Source: Octopus sinensis (lineage: Eukaryota). Taken from it: DNA of 64,000 nucleotides. The stretch lies in assembly GCF_006345805.1 (NCBI RefSeq), contig NC_043000.1:49104001-49168000 (forward strand). The letters run 5' to 3'. Position 1 is the first letter of the stretch. Each line of letters begins with the position of its first letter. Shown piece after piece: positions 40,111-54,419 of the stretch. Both the position numbers and the translations under genes were made by a program. The notes beneath the pieces are model-generated. The model was not told where the DNA came from. It did no database searches and worked only from the letters and a program-made list of their open reading frames with translations.

Positions 40111-40712
40111 AAGTTATTTTTAATAACTTCTTTAACTTTACAAATAAATGCATGCAATTTTGATACAATATAAAGGAGATAACGGAAATTAATATGCACA
40201 ATTCAAATTTTGCAACACCACTACAGTACATATGAAAAATGACGTTGTTTAAATGGCAGCCATTTTCGGCTTCGCACGCCCGTGCTCTTTCCAAAATTTG
40301 CACCATACCACCCCCAAGAGTTTAAGACCCACTTCTCTGATTGAAAGCAAATGAAATTATCGGTCCTAATTTTTTGAGGATGATGACGGAAATGCTGACA
40401 CAATGATTAGAGAACGGTACAAAACCATGACTGAGACCTCTGTGAGCCCGGCCATTCAAAGTAGACCTCACACATGGTTTCAGCAAGACAGGGCAACTAC
40501 TCATACCGCAAAAGAAACAATGCAGTTGCTACGGCAGTGCTTTGGAGAGAGAATATTCTCCAGCTACGACAATGTCAAACGGCCTTCACATTCTCCAGAC
40601 TTGACTAGCCCAGATTTTTTCTTGTGGGGATGTCTGAAAGAGAGTATTTACGTCAACAAACCGAAGACCCTGGTGGAACTGAAGGACAACATCAATAGAG
40701 AAATCACAGAAG
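40111..40712. mobile_element. Tc1/mariner (DD37D/DD41D-like) remnant in two opposite orientations
   Basis: Plus 40350..40712: IIGPNFF..WFQQDRATTHTA..PSHSPDLTSPDFFLWGCLK..KPKTLVELKDNINREI; minus 40337..40215: IREV..MVQILERARACEAENGCHLNNVIFH. Confidence 0.75.
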
Positions 40713-40740
40713 AATGTATATATACATACATACATACATG

Positions 40741-41185
40741 CGGCGAGCTGACAGAATCGTTAGCACGCCGGGCGAAATACTTAGCGGTATTTCGTCTTCC
40801 GTTACGTTCTGAGTTCAAATTCCGCTGAGGTCGACTTTGCCTTTCATCCTTTTGGGGTCGATAAATCAAGTACCAGTTACGCACTGGGGTCGATTTAATC
40901 GACTTAATCCGTTTGTGTGTTCTTGTTTGTCCCCTCTATGTTTAGCCCCTTGTAGGCAGTACAGAAATAAGAATCGTTAGCACGCCGGCGAAATACTTAG
41001 CGTATTTCGTCTGCCCGTTACGTTCTGAGTTCAAATTCCGCCGAGGTCGACTTTGCCTTTCATTCTTTCGGGGTCGATAAATTAAGTACCAGTTGCTTAC
41101 AGAGGTCGATGTAATCGACTTAATCCCTTTGTCTGTCCTTGTTTGTCCCCTCTATGTTTAGCCATCTGTGGGTAATAAAGAAATA
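40741..41185 (+). mobile_element. OR-type SINE head-to-tail dimer (units 40741..40969 and 40970..41185)
   Basis: CGGCGAGCTGACAGAATCGTTAGCACGCC head; second unit restarts at AGAATCGTTAGC. Confidence 0.9.
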
Positions 41186-41545
41186 CATATATGCATACAT
41201 GCATGCATACACATAGAAGACATACATACATACATACATACATACATACATACATACATACATGCATATACATAAAATATTGTGTTATATTATGAAAAGA
41301 ACTTCATATGGACTCACGGTGCATAAAAGCACTCGTGCTTATAACGGTGACGGGCGATAGTCGTCTGCTGCGACCACCAGAAATAACAGAACATATGATT
41401 TCGCCATTCCTTGGGCTTGTCGGTAACAGACGTCTAGAGCAGATTTAGCAGCCGATTTCCCCATCAACGGTATATAGATGATCAAATCCAAGCACTGGGA
41501 TCGGAAATATACAAATATGTGTGTGTGTGTGCTGTGTTTATGTGG

Positions 41546-41619
<74 letters not shown>

Positions 41620-41886
41620 CATACATACATACATACGCGCGTGCACACACACACACATACATGCTATATGTATATATTTATAATTATATATATGCGGACA
41701 TACCCTTGCTCGCATCATACAAAACAGATAAGTTAGCGAAAGGGGGTGGAAGAAATATACGTTAAAGGTTGAATGAGGAGAGAAAAAAGTAAAACGGTTA
41801 AAAATAACTAAAACTATACATATCGAAATGTAAATACGTATGGATAATAGTCTTTAGATAAACACTGATATGTCATGTGATATACA

Positions 41887-41950
<64 letters not shown>

Positions 41951-42036
41951 TATATATATATATACATAATTACATATATGTATATGTGTTTGAATCTAGT
42001 TATCTATCTCTCCATATATATATATAAATATATATA

Positions 42037-42147
<111 letters not shown>

Positions 42148-42954
42148 ATTCACATGCCGCACACACAAACACATACATACACACACACGCAGAGTCACAT
42201 TTCAGGCTTACGCACTCCATGTATTCTAATTGCAAATGAAATATAAATGAGCTTCATGCAGAGATCAGAATTTTATCTTCATTGGATTAGCCACGGCATT
42301 ATACAGATCTGCAGTATATTAATTGCCTATCACTCGGAATCGAATGCAATTGTTCACTAAGGAAAAGTATCTACATGATTGCTTTTAATATTGGAAAGGA
42401 TGGTAGCCATGCGATTCTTTAGTACGGTAGTTCTCTGTCCAGCAGTTTGGTCTCTTCTGCGATGAAAAATATATTTGTCTCCTGATCTATGATCAATAAA
42501 CCAATAGCGCATATATGCGGATTAGATGAAGTTAGCCTTGGAAAAATGCAAGCGTAACCTTTTCTTTCTGTAAACCAGCGATAGACTTGAAAAATAGATA
42601 TTCTGTTTGGCATGATACTGCTAAACCACTACTTCCTTAATATCTAATATCTTGATAGAAAGCAAAGAGAATGAGAATGCTTCTTCCGAGATTTTTCTCC
42701 ATTATGTTAAAATGTGTACTTTTCAGAGATGAAATGATTGCACTGCATTCACGTTTGCATTCTTTACTGGTTTTAATCATTGGACTACAGCCTTGTTGGA
42801 GCAACACCTTTAGTCCATTTGAGGGTGGGGCAATCATATCGAGTCCATTTACTAGCTTGATATTCATTATTTTATCGACTGCTATTGATTGCATGGCTAA
42901 GGTATCTCTTTTTTGGCATTAAGTCAAGAAACTCGATACGCCTGTAAAAAAAGA

Positions 42955-43324
42955 TAGCTTGCTTACCAACCACATGGTTCTGGGTTCAGTCCCACTGCGT
43001 GGCACTATGAGCAAGTGTCTTCTACTATAGCCTCGGGCCGATTAAAACCTTGTGAGTGGATTTGGTAGACGGAAACTGAAAGAAGCTCGTCGTATATATA
43101 TATGTTTGTGTGTCTGTGTTTGTCCCCCCCCCCAACATCGCTTGACAATGGAAGGTGGTGTGTTTACGTCTCCGTAACTTAGCAGTTCGGTAAAAGAGAC
43201 CGATAGAATAAGTACTAAGCTTACAAAGAATACGTCCTGGGGTCGATTTCCTCGACTAAAGGCGATGCTCCAGCATGACTGCAGTCAAATGACTGAAACA
43301 AATAAAAGAGTAAAAGAGTAAAAG
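42955..43324 (+). mobile_element. OK-type SINE
   Basis: Homologous to 39693..40110; tail CAGTC-aaat-GACTG-AAAC and (AAAAGAGT)n. Confidence 0.88.
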
Positions 43325-43815
43325 ATTATAAGTATACATATTCGACAGAACTTCCACAGATTTTGCCTACCAAATTATTGGCTGCATGGCATTTGTCAAA
43401 TCCAAAACACAGTGGTTGAAGTTACTGGCACTAACCACCGTGCAGTAAGATCGAACCTTGACACATGTACTTACGAAGCGAACTTCTAAGATAGTCCTAA
43501 TAGTACGGTTATTAAGTAAATACTGCTATGTTATAATGTATAAGAACTTATTAGGACAGAACCAAACTTCCGAAATATAAAAGAGAAAAAAGATTAACGG
43601 TTGGCAGAAGAAAAGTGAAAGCGATTCGACTGAGAAATAAATCTGCCTCTTGATCTCGACTTGCCTGTAGTTTCATTTCCTGCGAAAGTTTTCGGCTAAT
43701 GGGAGAAGTTTCAGTGTTTATTTTTTATTTTGAAGCAGGATGGTTATTTACACGAGTGGCAGAACATACGATGTATCCGAGGAAAGAGAGCGGAATCTCT
43801 GCCAAAAATATTATC

Positions 43816-44197
43816 GAGTGGCTATGTAGTAAGTAGCTTGCTTGCCAACCACATGGTTCCGGGTTCAGTTCCACTGCGTGGCACCTTGGGCCAACCAAGG
43901 CGTTGTGAGTGGACTTGGTAAACGGAAACTGAAAGAAGCTCGCCATATGTGTGTGTGTGTGTGGTGTGTGTGTGTGTGTGTGTGTGTGCGTATGTTTGCG
44001 GGTCTGTGTTTGTCTCCCCACCATCGCTTGACAACCAATGTTGGTGTATTTACGTCCCCGTAACTTAGCGGTTCGGCAAAAGACCGATAGAATTAGTACA
44101 AGACTTGCAAGGAATTGAGTCCAGGGTTCGATCTGTTCGACTAAACATAGTGATCCAGCATGACCGCAATCAAATTACTGAAACAAATAAAAGAATA
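43816..44197 (+). mobile_element. OK-type SINE, more diverged
   Basis: GAGTGGCTATGTAGTAAGTAGCTTGCTTGCCAACCACATGGTTCCGGGTTCAGTTCC. Confidence 0.85.
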
Positions 44198-45720
44198 ATA
44201 GAATCGTTTGAAAACTAGAATAGAATAACTTCTAATACGAAGATTTGAAGTTTTGATCCTAACACTACATGTGGAGAAAATTTTCCGAAGACAATGGTTT
44301 TCCTCATAAACCCAAAGTCATAAATGTATTTGGAAAAAAACATGAGATATAATGCATTATAGTATTCGTACAGGGCCTCGAATTCCGCCCAAGTTATTCA
44401 TAGCATCATATTTCCGAGGTCAATAAATTAAGATAAAATACTCGTCTTTCACTCTCTATACCCCATCTATCTTTCTCCCTCTCTCTCCCTCTCTCTCTCT
44501 CTCTCTCAATCTTTCTCAATCTCTCTCTCTCTCTCTCTCAATATCTCCCTCTCATTCTCTGAAAGAAATCGGTTGTGTCAGACATGTAGAAGGATGTAGT
44601 CTGCCAGGCTTAGACACCCAAGATACGCTACAATTGCTTCAAAAGTTCAAGGCCCAAAGCAAAGCAAATACACAAAGAATTACAACATATTCCTTTGAAT
44701 TAACTTCCCCGTATATATGTAGAAATTTATTTTGCAGGCCCTGGTGAGAAAATGCTAGAGTCGGATAGGAAAGTATCTGAACACAAAACTGCAGAGAGTG
44801 AATATGCGTAGGCCTACTTTAATGCTCTTACTGTTATAAAGATTTTCCGAATTTGGTTTGATTCTGTTTTATAGAAATTGAGATTTAAATTTTTGAATCA
44901 AGATTTAATAACTGAAAATATTTCATAGTCTGAATTTAGAACAATACGTTTGTTCTGCTGCTGATAGCAATGAAAATTTTTTTACACGCTACATTTTATT
45001 TGCCTTTATCAAAAAAAAAAAAAAAATTTTAATCCGCAAATAATTGTTGTATAAAATTATGAATATTTAGAAAAACTACTATTGTCGTCGATAACTCGTA
45101 ACGGTTTCTGTCTCATGGCTAAATTATATTTCTTTTTATCAGTTCGACAATGTCTACTACTTCATCAATATTGAAAACGGTAGTGGAAAACAGAAATAAG
45201 AAATCGAGATATCTTTACAACACCATCAATCGTATTGAATTAAATTGGCCTATAATTTTTTTTTTCTTTCGTGAAAATATATTAGGCATTCATAATGATG
45301 TGGAGAATTCAAAGAGAGAATGTTTCTCTCTATTTCCAAAGGAAGCTAAATTGCATCATTTGCAATTCTGCTTCAGATCTCAAATTGAATAAAGAAATTA
45401 TGCAGCAAGGTAGATGTAATATCAGACGTGCACGATTTGATTTCAAAACAGATGGGATTTTCCTGTATCTATACATTCCCCTTCCGAATTTCACTATGGA
45501 GGCAGCTGTAAAGACATTTCGATTTGACACTGTTGACATTTGCATCAAGTATATGCGCATACATTCATACATACATGCACGTATACACGCACATGAGCAC
45601 ACATTTATATATGTGCACGTATAAATACGCACACAAAGGATATACATACATGTTTGCCTGTTTGTACGTCTAAGGTGTGTATTCACGAGTAAATGATACA
45701 TACGTTTCTGCGTATATGTT

Positions 45721-45788
<68 letters not shown>

Positions 45789-45857
45789 TACATATATATA
45801 TGTATATATATATATGCTTATATATATATATATATTGTGTGTGTGTGTGTGTATATA

Positions 45858-45914
<57 letters not shown>

Positions 45915-45952
45915 GTGTGTGTATATATATGTATATATATATATATATGTAA

Positions 45953-45984
<32 letters not shown>

Positions 45985-46020
45985 GTGTGTATATATATAT
46001 GTGTGTGTGTATATATATAT

Positions 46021-46597
46021 GGGGTCTGTTTATATATGTATATATATCTTTCACATATGGAGATGTATATGAGTGTATATGTGTTCGTGTATACACACGC
46101 ACATACAATTTCCCGCAATCATTCGCCTCACTTTTTATTGACATTGTTCATAGAAATGAATTTAAAGTCGTATACTTTCACTGGAATGTCAGTTAGGTTT
46201 CTGTATGTGATGTGTTTTTGTGTATGCCTCGTCTCTATTTAACGAAGAACGCTGCTTACCAGTTTGAGAGCTATATTAGTCTCATTCTCCTGTAAAATCT
46301 AATGGGAAGTGGTTACTTTTATTTTTTTATTATTGCTTCATATATTAAAAAAAAGATCTGCTCTGTTAATTGGTTTCAATTTCCAAACCCATATATTACT
46401 TTGCAACAAAACACATTAAGATATTTGTATATATTCATATAAATATATGTGTGTGTATACATGTATGTATATATATATATATAGACATGTATCAATATAC
46501 ATCTCTCTATATATACATGTAAATGTATATATACAAATATATAACCATTTATATAATATATACACATATATACATACACGAATATATACATATATAT

Positions 46598-46679
<82 letters not shown>

Positions 46680-46680
46680 G

Positions 46681-46735
<55 letters not shown>

Positions 46736-47338
46736 GTGTGTATATATATATGTGTGTGTGTATATATATATGGGGTCTGTTTATATATGTATATATATCT
46801 TTCACATATGGAGATGTATATGAGTGTATATGTGTTCGTGTATACACACACACATACAATTTCCCGCAATCATTCGCCTCACTTTTTATTGACATTGTTC
46901 ATAGAGATGAATTTAAAGTCGTATACTTTCACTGGAATGTCAGTTAGGTTTCTGTATGTGATGTGTTTTTGTGTATGCCTCGTCTCTATTTAACGAAGAA
47001 CGCTGCTTACCAGTTTGAGAGCTATATTAGTCTCATTCTCCTGTAAAATCTAATGGGAAGTGGTTACTTTTATTTTTTTATTATTGCTTCATATATTAAA
47101 AAAAAGATCTGCTCTGTTAATTGGTTTCAATTTCCAAACCCATATATTACTTTGCAACAAAACACATTAAGATATTTGTATATATTCATATAAATATATG
47201 TGTGTGTATACATGTATGTATATATATATATATATAGACATGTATCAATATACATCTCTCTATATATACATGTAAATGTATATATACAAATATATAACCA
47301 TTTATATAATATATACACATATATACATACACGAATTT

Positions 47339-47340
<2 letters not shown>
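46021..47340. repeat. 751-bp tandem duplication of unique DNA bounded by compound (TA)n/(TG)n
   Basis: 46021 aligns to 46772, 46201 to 46952 and 46381 to 47132; only a few substitutions seen. Confidence 0.95.
46260..46289 (-). other. Candidate 30-nt phase-0 microexon (ENETNIALKL), duplicated at 47011..47040
   Basis: Minus strand TTTTACAG|GAGAATGAGACTAATATAGCTCTCAAACTG|GTAAGC; only frame 0 is open. Splice signals only. Confidence 0.2.
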
Positions 47341-47417
<77 letters not shown>

Positions 47418-47865
47418 TTGAGTATACTTATACATATATTGATACTTACAATGTAGATACATATACGTATGCAGACATACATATTTAAATGCATAAATCA
47501 AGTTTTTACATAAAAAATGATATATGTGTAAATTAACATTTTTTTTCCATATAGTGCATGTACACATGACGATGTGTCAAATGCCTTTTACTGATGATAT
47601 ATTTAATGATATATTTTCTTTAATTACTGAATCGCAACAGATTCTTCGGAGGAATAAATCTGGAATTCAATTAAGCATAAATAAAAATACTTTTGTCATT
47701 TGCGTAATATTCCTTAATTTCAATATATTTGTCATTTTTCTTAATGCTTAGAAGGTTTCCATGTACATCTCATCTATGAATGTGTGTGTGTATATATGCA
47801 TACATACGTCGATATGTATGTATATATATATATACACACTTATGTTTGCATATCTATACATATGT

Positions 47866-47938
<73 letters not shown>

Positions 47939-47987
47939 ACTATATATATGTGTGCACATATGCATACAATATGTATACATATGCATG

Positions 47988-48038
<51 letters not shown>

Positions 48039-48778
48039 GTGTACATACGGATGTCTATATATGTGTGTATGTATGTATTTATATACGTATGTGCACATAT
48101 GTATATGTATGTATATATATATATACATATGTATATGTATATATTTATACACATGTATATGTATGCATACATATGCATATGCATACATATCCATATACAG
48201 TATATATATATATTATATATATATATATATAATATATATATATGTATATATACATATATATATATACGTAAATGTACATTGGTGCATATACATGTACATT
48301 TATGTATCTATGTATATATATATATATGTGAATATGTGTATATATATTTTTTTTATGCTTCATAAAAACCATACTATATATCTGTGTATGTGTATGTGTA
48401 TTTGTGTGTCTGTGCGTGTGTAATTTCGCATTTTATGAGGTATTTAATTTTATTTCTTTCTTCACTTCTGAGGTATCAGTTGGTTTATATCTGTGCGTCA
48501 GTGACTGTGCATGATAGCAAGCTCATATTTACATATCATTCTTACGCACATATGATTGCCAAGTATTGTCGCTGTTTGTAGTTTGCGGTGTCTTTCTTTA
48601 TTAATGTTATTAACTTTTCCACTATTCACTTTCAATTCCCATTGATTTCTATATCTGTAAATAAATAATTATTTCAGAATGTCAGCATTACGAAAACACC
48701 AAAATGTGCTGGATGCAATATCCGTTGAACATTTTGAAATAGCAAATATTTATTTTATTTCTTCTTAGCTCTTTCTCC

Positions 48779-48839
<61 letters not shown>

Positions 48840-49220
48840 CCTGTGCCTCTGTCTCTGTCTGTCAATCTCTCTGTTTCTATATCTCTTTCTTTCTCTATCT
48901 GTCATTGCGCTTTTTCGCACTCTATTTCGCTGGTTTAAATTTACGATCGAATACTTTCAGAAAAATGTAAGATACTTATTAAATAATGCATGAGCATTCC
49001 AATTTATTTCAAAGCCAAGTGTTTTGAGCAGAATTAGATTTACATTAATTTCAACACATTGAAATATTTATTTATGATGAGCACTGAAAGCAAATTAAAA
49101 GAAAACAAATAAACAGGCAATTAAATGACAAAAATTTGCACGCACATTTTAAAATTTAATAAATATCTAATTTTATTTTAAGAAAATGATTTTGCTTAAA
49201 ATCATAAAATACAGCGTTTG

Positions 49221-49253
<33 letters not shown>

Positions 49254-50617
49254 TATTATTATTATTATTTTCTATTGCGATTAAAGTGGAAAGAAAGAAT
49301 AGTTTGATGCGTTTATTTGTATCTCTTTCGCAGCTGTTCTCACATTAAATTTGTGTCGACGACTAAACAATCCAGTAGGGGCCAACAACTTCCTTAGTCG
49401 AACACATTTTTGACTCGTTTCTTCAATAATAACAGAAATTTATGAAATTTAAAATAAAAAAAATGGGGAGGTAAAGAGATAACAGAATGAAACAATAAAC
49501 AAATTATTACATAAACTCACATCTGCGGCCTGCCTGCATTGTTATTTTGTTATAAACAGTTAATTATTGCTGTAACATATTTATTTATCGCATGCATCAC
49601 TGCTGCTAAATAGAATTAACTGCTTGACATTTTAATAATGAAATGTATCCATCAACGGTGGGTTACCTGTATCGATTTATTTTTGATTATTTGTGTGTGT
49701 GTGTATATGTGTGTGCATGTGTGCGAGCAGGTGTGTGTGGGAGAGAGAGAGAGGGAGAGAGAGAAAGCGTGTGTAGGCTGTGATATGTCTCATCAATACC
49801 CGAGAATGTGAAAAGCGAACATGACGTCGGCAGTTATTGAACACGTAACGTAAGTGAGCGTAATTAGATGCTGCAGGGTATTTTGTCTGGGTGGATAACG
49901 ATTTTGACCAGCAACCACCCTATAAACTGGGTATTGAATGGATATATGCAGAACACTAAAGTTCTACAGAACTAAACGCCAAACTGCTGCATTAATATAA
50001 GGATGCGTTGTGCTTTGTGTTGGTGCCAAATTGGTGCGAGATATCGTGTAATGTAATAATTGAGTGAGGTCGATGTAATGTAATGTTAATTGGAAAGGTA
50101 TTGTCTAGACTTATGCCAGTAGATACACTATTCCAGCAGTACCGTGTCTAGATTTAAATTATCCAAGTTTTCTTTACTATGTTAACGTCATTACGATGTT
50201 ATGTGAACGGGTGGTTGTCTTCTATTTCTCACAAACGAAGCGATCGTATAGTCACATACATGTTCCGTCTTTTAAAAACTTCAATATCTCAGTTTAATGA
50301 AATATTCCATTTCACTATATAATCGGTTTTGAAAGTCTCATTAAGAAAAGATTAACCCATCCACTCGGCACCAATTTCATGAGAACATTGCCAGTCGTAA
50401 TGATTAACTAATGCACGAAGAAGAAAATACATAATTCACAATTGGCAAATTGCTTTTCATTGTTCGATTATACATTTTTAAGAGCCTTTCAACACAACGC
50501 ATGTGTTTCTTATTATTTACGAAAATGATTTCAGTAAACTTACTGGTATTATTTTACAACACATTAGCAAGTATAAATTTCTACTGCCAACCAAGTATTA
50601 TGAACACCCACAAACCC

Positions 50618-50666
<49 letters not shown>

Positions 50667-51125
50667 TTAAACACTCATACACACACACACACACAACACC
50701 ACAATACTGCACATAATATCAGATGTCTGTGAGGTGCTACGTTGAGATAATGTATAGGTTTACTTTCAATATTTCTATCTGTCGCTTTAAAATGAGCTAC
50801 ATGGTAATTACGTTGCTTCATCTAAGTCACCTGTTGTTAGTATCGGATCCAAATGTTCAGGGTGTATCGACACAAATGCATGTAAATAGATACATACATA
50901 CCTATACAAACACACACATATATGTAAGTGACAATTAGTTGGTTGTCATAATAAAACTCAGAGTCCCGGCTATTAATATATTTATAGAGAAATTCCCCTA
51001 TCTTACATAATATCGAGGTTTCATTCATACTTTTGTTGTCATATTATTATTAATATATACAGAGAGAGAGAGAGAGAGACCAAAAGAGTGCGTACGCCGA
51101 TATAAAACTTAAATAAAACTTATAT

Positions 51126-51160
51126 ATGTTTCGACCAAAGATTGGTCCAGGCCATGTCCT
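51126..51160 (-). mobile_element. Isolated 3' tail of the second CR1 family
   Basis: GACATGGCCTGGACCAATCTTTGGTCGAAAC resembles 58609..58638. Confidence 0.55.
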
Positions 51161-51164
51161 GAAA

Positions 51165-51293
51165 AAAAATGGAACAAGAACGTAACAGGTGACAACAAAA
51201 TATCCGGACATCCTTGTTTTTCCTGTTTTTTTTTTGTATCATCTAACTGTTCGGATGTTTTGTTGTCGCATGTTACGTTCTTATTCCATTTTT
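51165..51293. repeat. 46-bp imperfect inverted repeat with 37-nt loop (MITE-like)
   Basis: 51165..51210 versus 51248..51293, about 5 mismatches. Confidence 0.8.
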
Positions 51294-51415
51294 GTTTTCT
51301 TTCTTTTATATATATATATATATACATGAGTATATGCATATATACATATTTATATACATGCCTTTTATACATACATATACACATACATGTATATACATAT
51401 AATATATTTATATAA

Positions 51416-51450
<35 letters not shown>

Positions 51451-51794
51451 CTCACATACACCTACAAATATGCATACAGACAAGAACACATATATATATA
51501 TGAATATACATTTCAAATAAAGTTAATCAATACCGTTTTAACGTCATTAGTTATGAAGTAGGCAGTACATATATCAACGTTGTTAAAGAAAACATCCTTA
51601 AACGCTCTAATGGAGCAGGTCTTTCATTCTTTCATTGACGAAATTTGTTTTTCTTCTTTCACAAATAACACTAAAAGTTTTAGATTAAATTATGGATACA
51701 AAAATAGGGATGAAAGAAAATTGATTGATATGTGTATATATATATATATATATATACTATATTCGATTTTGTATACAAAGCAACGTTTTCTGAT

Positions 51795-51845
<51 letters not shown>

Positions 51846-52028
51846 CTAAACGCACGCGCGCACACAAACGGAGAGAAAGTAAGGGGATACAGATAAATTA
51901 CTAGGTATATGGATTTCATAGGTATATATATGTGTGTGTGTGTGTATATCTATGGTTATATACACACATACACACACACACATTTATATATGTATATATA
52001 TAAATACATATTTATTTTTATATGTATA

Positions 52029-52065
<37 letters not shown>

Positions 52066-52766
52066 GATACATATATATTTATATTTTATCTGAATGAGCC
52101 TCTGTGTATGTTCATACGCACATATGGATTATGTATGTATATATGTATTTGTGTGTGTGTATATATTTATATATATATATACAGGCAAAGAGAGAGAGAG
52201 AGAAATAGAGGTATATTTATGAGTGTTTATGTATGTACATATATATATACATACAGAGACACACTTATATACATCATAGCACATATACACACACACCCTC
52301 TCACACACACATGTATGTAATATGCACATATATACGAGAACATAAATGCATATTTTGACATATGCCCTTTATCTACATGTATATTTGTATACACTTGCAT
52401 CAGTGCGTCTATATATGTGTGTTTAAGATAGCGTATATTGTACATTATACTCGATGTGATGCAGATACAAACACACAAGAAGATATTGTGTGTGTATATG
52501 TGTGTGTGTGCGTTTGAGTGTTTGAGCTCGCGCGTACATACATAAGTATAGATTGATATACACAAACGCGTTCAAAGGAACGTATACATACAAGCATGCG
52601 CGTACACATATAAAGTCTTGTATATATATATAGATAGAGTGAGAGAGAGAGATGAACATATAGTGTATATTTGTTGTCTGTGTATATAGATGAATACACA
52701 AACACAACCATATATGTTTGCATGAGTGTAGTTGTGTTTGTGTCTGCCTGTGTGCGTGTATATATG

Positions 52767-52799
<33 letters not shown>

Positions 52800-53869
52800 A
52801 TATGTATGTATATGTATGTGTGTATGTATGTATATATCATGATCAACAGTCTATGAAGCAATTACGAGCAAATCAAGAGATAATGAAATCAACTCGATAC
52901 GCACTTGATTGCATTATTCATCTTTAATTGTAGCCAAACTTTGATTAACTAAATCATTCAAAGAGTAGAATTGAGTTATTTTCTTGAATTCCCAGTAATA
53001 ATATATCATTAATTAGAAGAAATTCAATCATATGACTGAAATTTCATTAGATGTTTATCGTTGCTATTATTCTATTAAAATAGATTTGCAAGAGCTTGGT
53101 TTCGTTGAAAATTATTTCAACAAATTTCTCACACTTAAGCTAATCTATTCATTTAAAGACCATCGAGCATTTGATGGGTTACATTCGAATTCGGGTGGTT
53201 TCATGTTGAAAATTAATCGGTACGAGAAAATCTGGTACTATTACACATGCATTCAAAAATCAGTGGTTATTGGTAAATCTCTAGTTTCAGCTACAAAAAT
53301 GATGAATGGGAGGAGATACCCGGAATTGTAACCTCCATCGAAATCGTACAAGGTTTCATCACCGAGTTATTAGCTAATTCGACAGCCGTTAATAAGAATA
53401 GTCCAGTTCCTCATACACATATATGTGCACAGTTTCATCGTTCCTCAGACTCACTACATGAATAAAATCCACATTAATTTGATGAAACTAAACACTGAAA
53501 TGAAATACATGGTAATAAAGTACCAATAAATACAACACGTCATCAAGAAAGAAAACGTGAGTTGGATTTCCGAAAGGTTCTCATTTGTTACCAGGACAAA
53601 GAAAAACTAACGTAAACAGATATACTAGTTCGACTGACAATAAATGAGGATAGGATTAAATTACATTATATATATATATATATACTTCAATATTACAGCT
53701 GCAGGACCATCACACAATAACTGCTACTCGGGTTTTCACGTTCCCGTTCGTAGGACAGTTGTGATGCAGAATGGAATAAATTGCTGTCAAGAAACTGTGC
53801 TTAGGTCATTTAATATATTTAGTCATCTATTTTCAATGACATCGAGGTTGCTTTTCGTTGTTATATATA

Positions 53870-54025
53870 TATAGTATTATAGTATTATTGGACGATCAGG
53901 AAAGAAGGAAAGAAGGAGGGTTTAACGTTTCGAGCGGACCTCTTCGTCAGAAATATAGGAAAAGGAAAGATCCAAAGAAGACAAGACGGAGGGAAACAAA
54001 TCGCCAACGGTACACACGCAGTGGT
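53870..54025 (-). mobile_element. Family P2 short repeat
   Basis: Homologous to 33228..33437. Confidence 0.65.
53921..53953 (-). ncRNA. Candidate minimal type I hammerhead ribozyme
   Basis: UUU-CUGACGA-A-GAG-guccg-CUC-GAAAC-GUU-AAA: canonical CUGANGA and GAAA boxes, 3-bp stem II, loopless stem III, 3-bp stem I. Confidence 0.55.
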
Positions 54026-54419
54026 AGAAAATTTTTTTGTGGGAAAACACACGTGGTGGATATGAATAGAGAAAGAGATAAGAAGAAAAACAGCGAAGAT
54101 TTGTTTTACCGGATTTAAGAGTATATTAGAGCCACGATAATAAAGACATTAAAAATTTTATATAAAATAAGGTTTTGTTCTTTCAACATAATTGAAGTAA
54201 GGATCGGTTTCGCATTGCTCATCAAACTGAGAGTTGAAAGAGATAAATTTTGTAATGGGATAAAATATTGCTAGGGGAGATAATTGTTCACTCATTCATT
54301 TTGCAGTAAATGGGAAGTAAATCTCGTTTTTTGTTGTTTTTGTGTTCTTTGCTTTATTCTGCCTTACATCTTCCATTAGATGGGCTAAGTCCTTTATTTT
54401 TAATTATGGTTTCATATTT

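Noticed and set aside
45295-45624. 109-aa ORF (also 28298..28513, 8057..8302, 29388..29651) as host genes
   Set aside because: No recognisable domain, no supporting splice or start context; lengths are compatible with chance.
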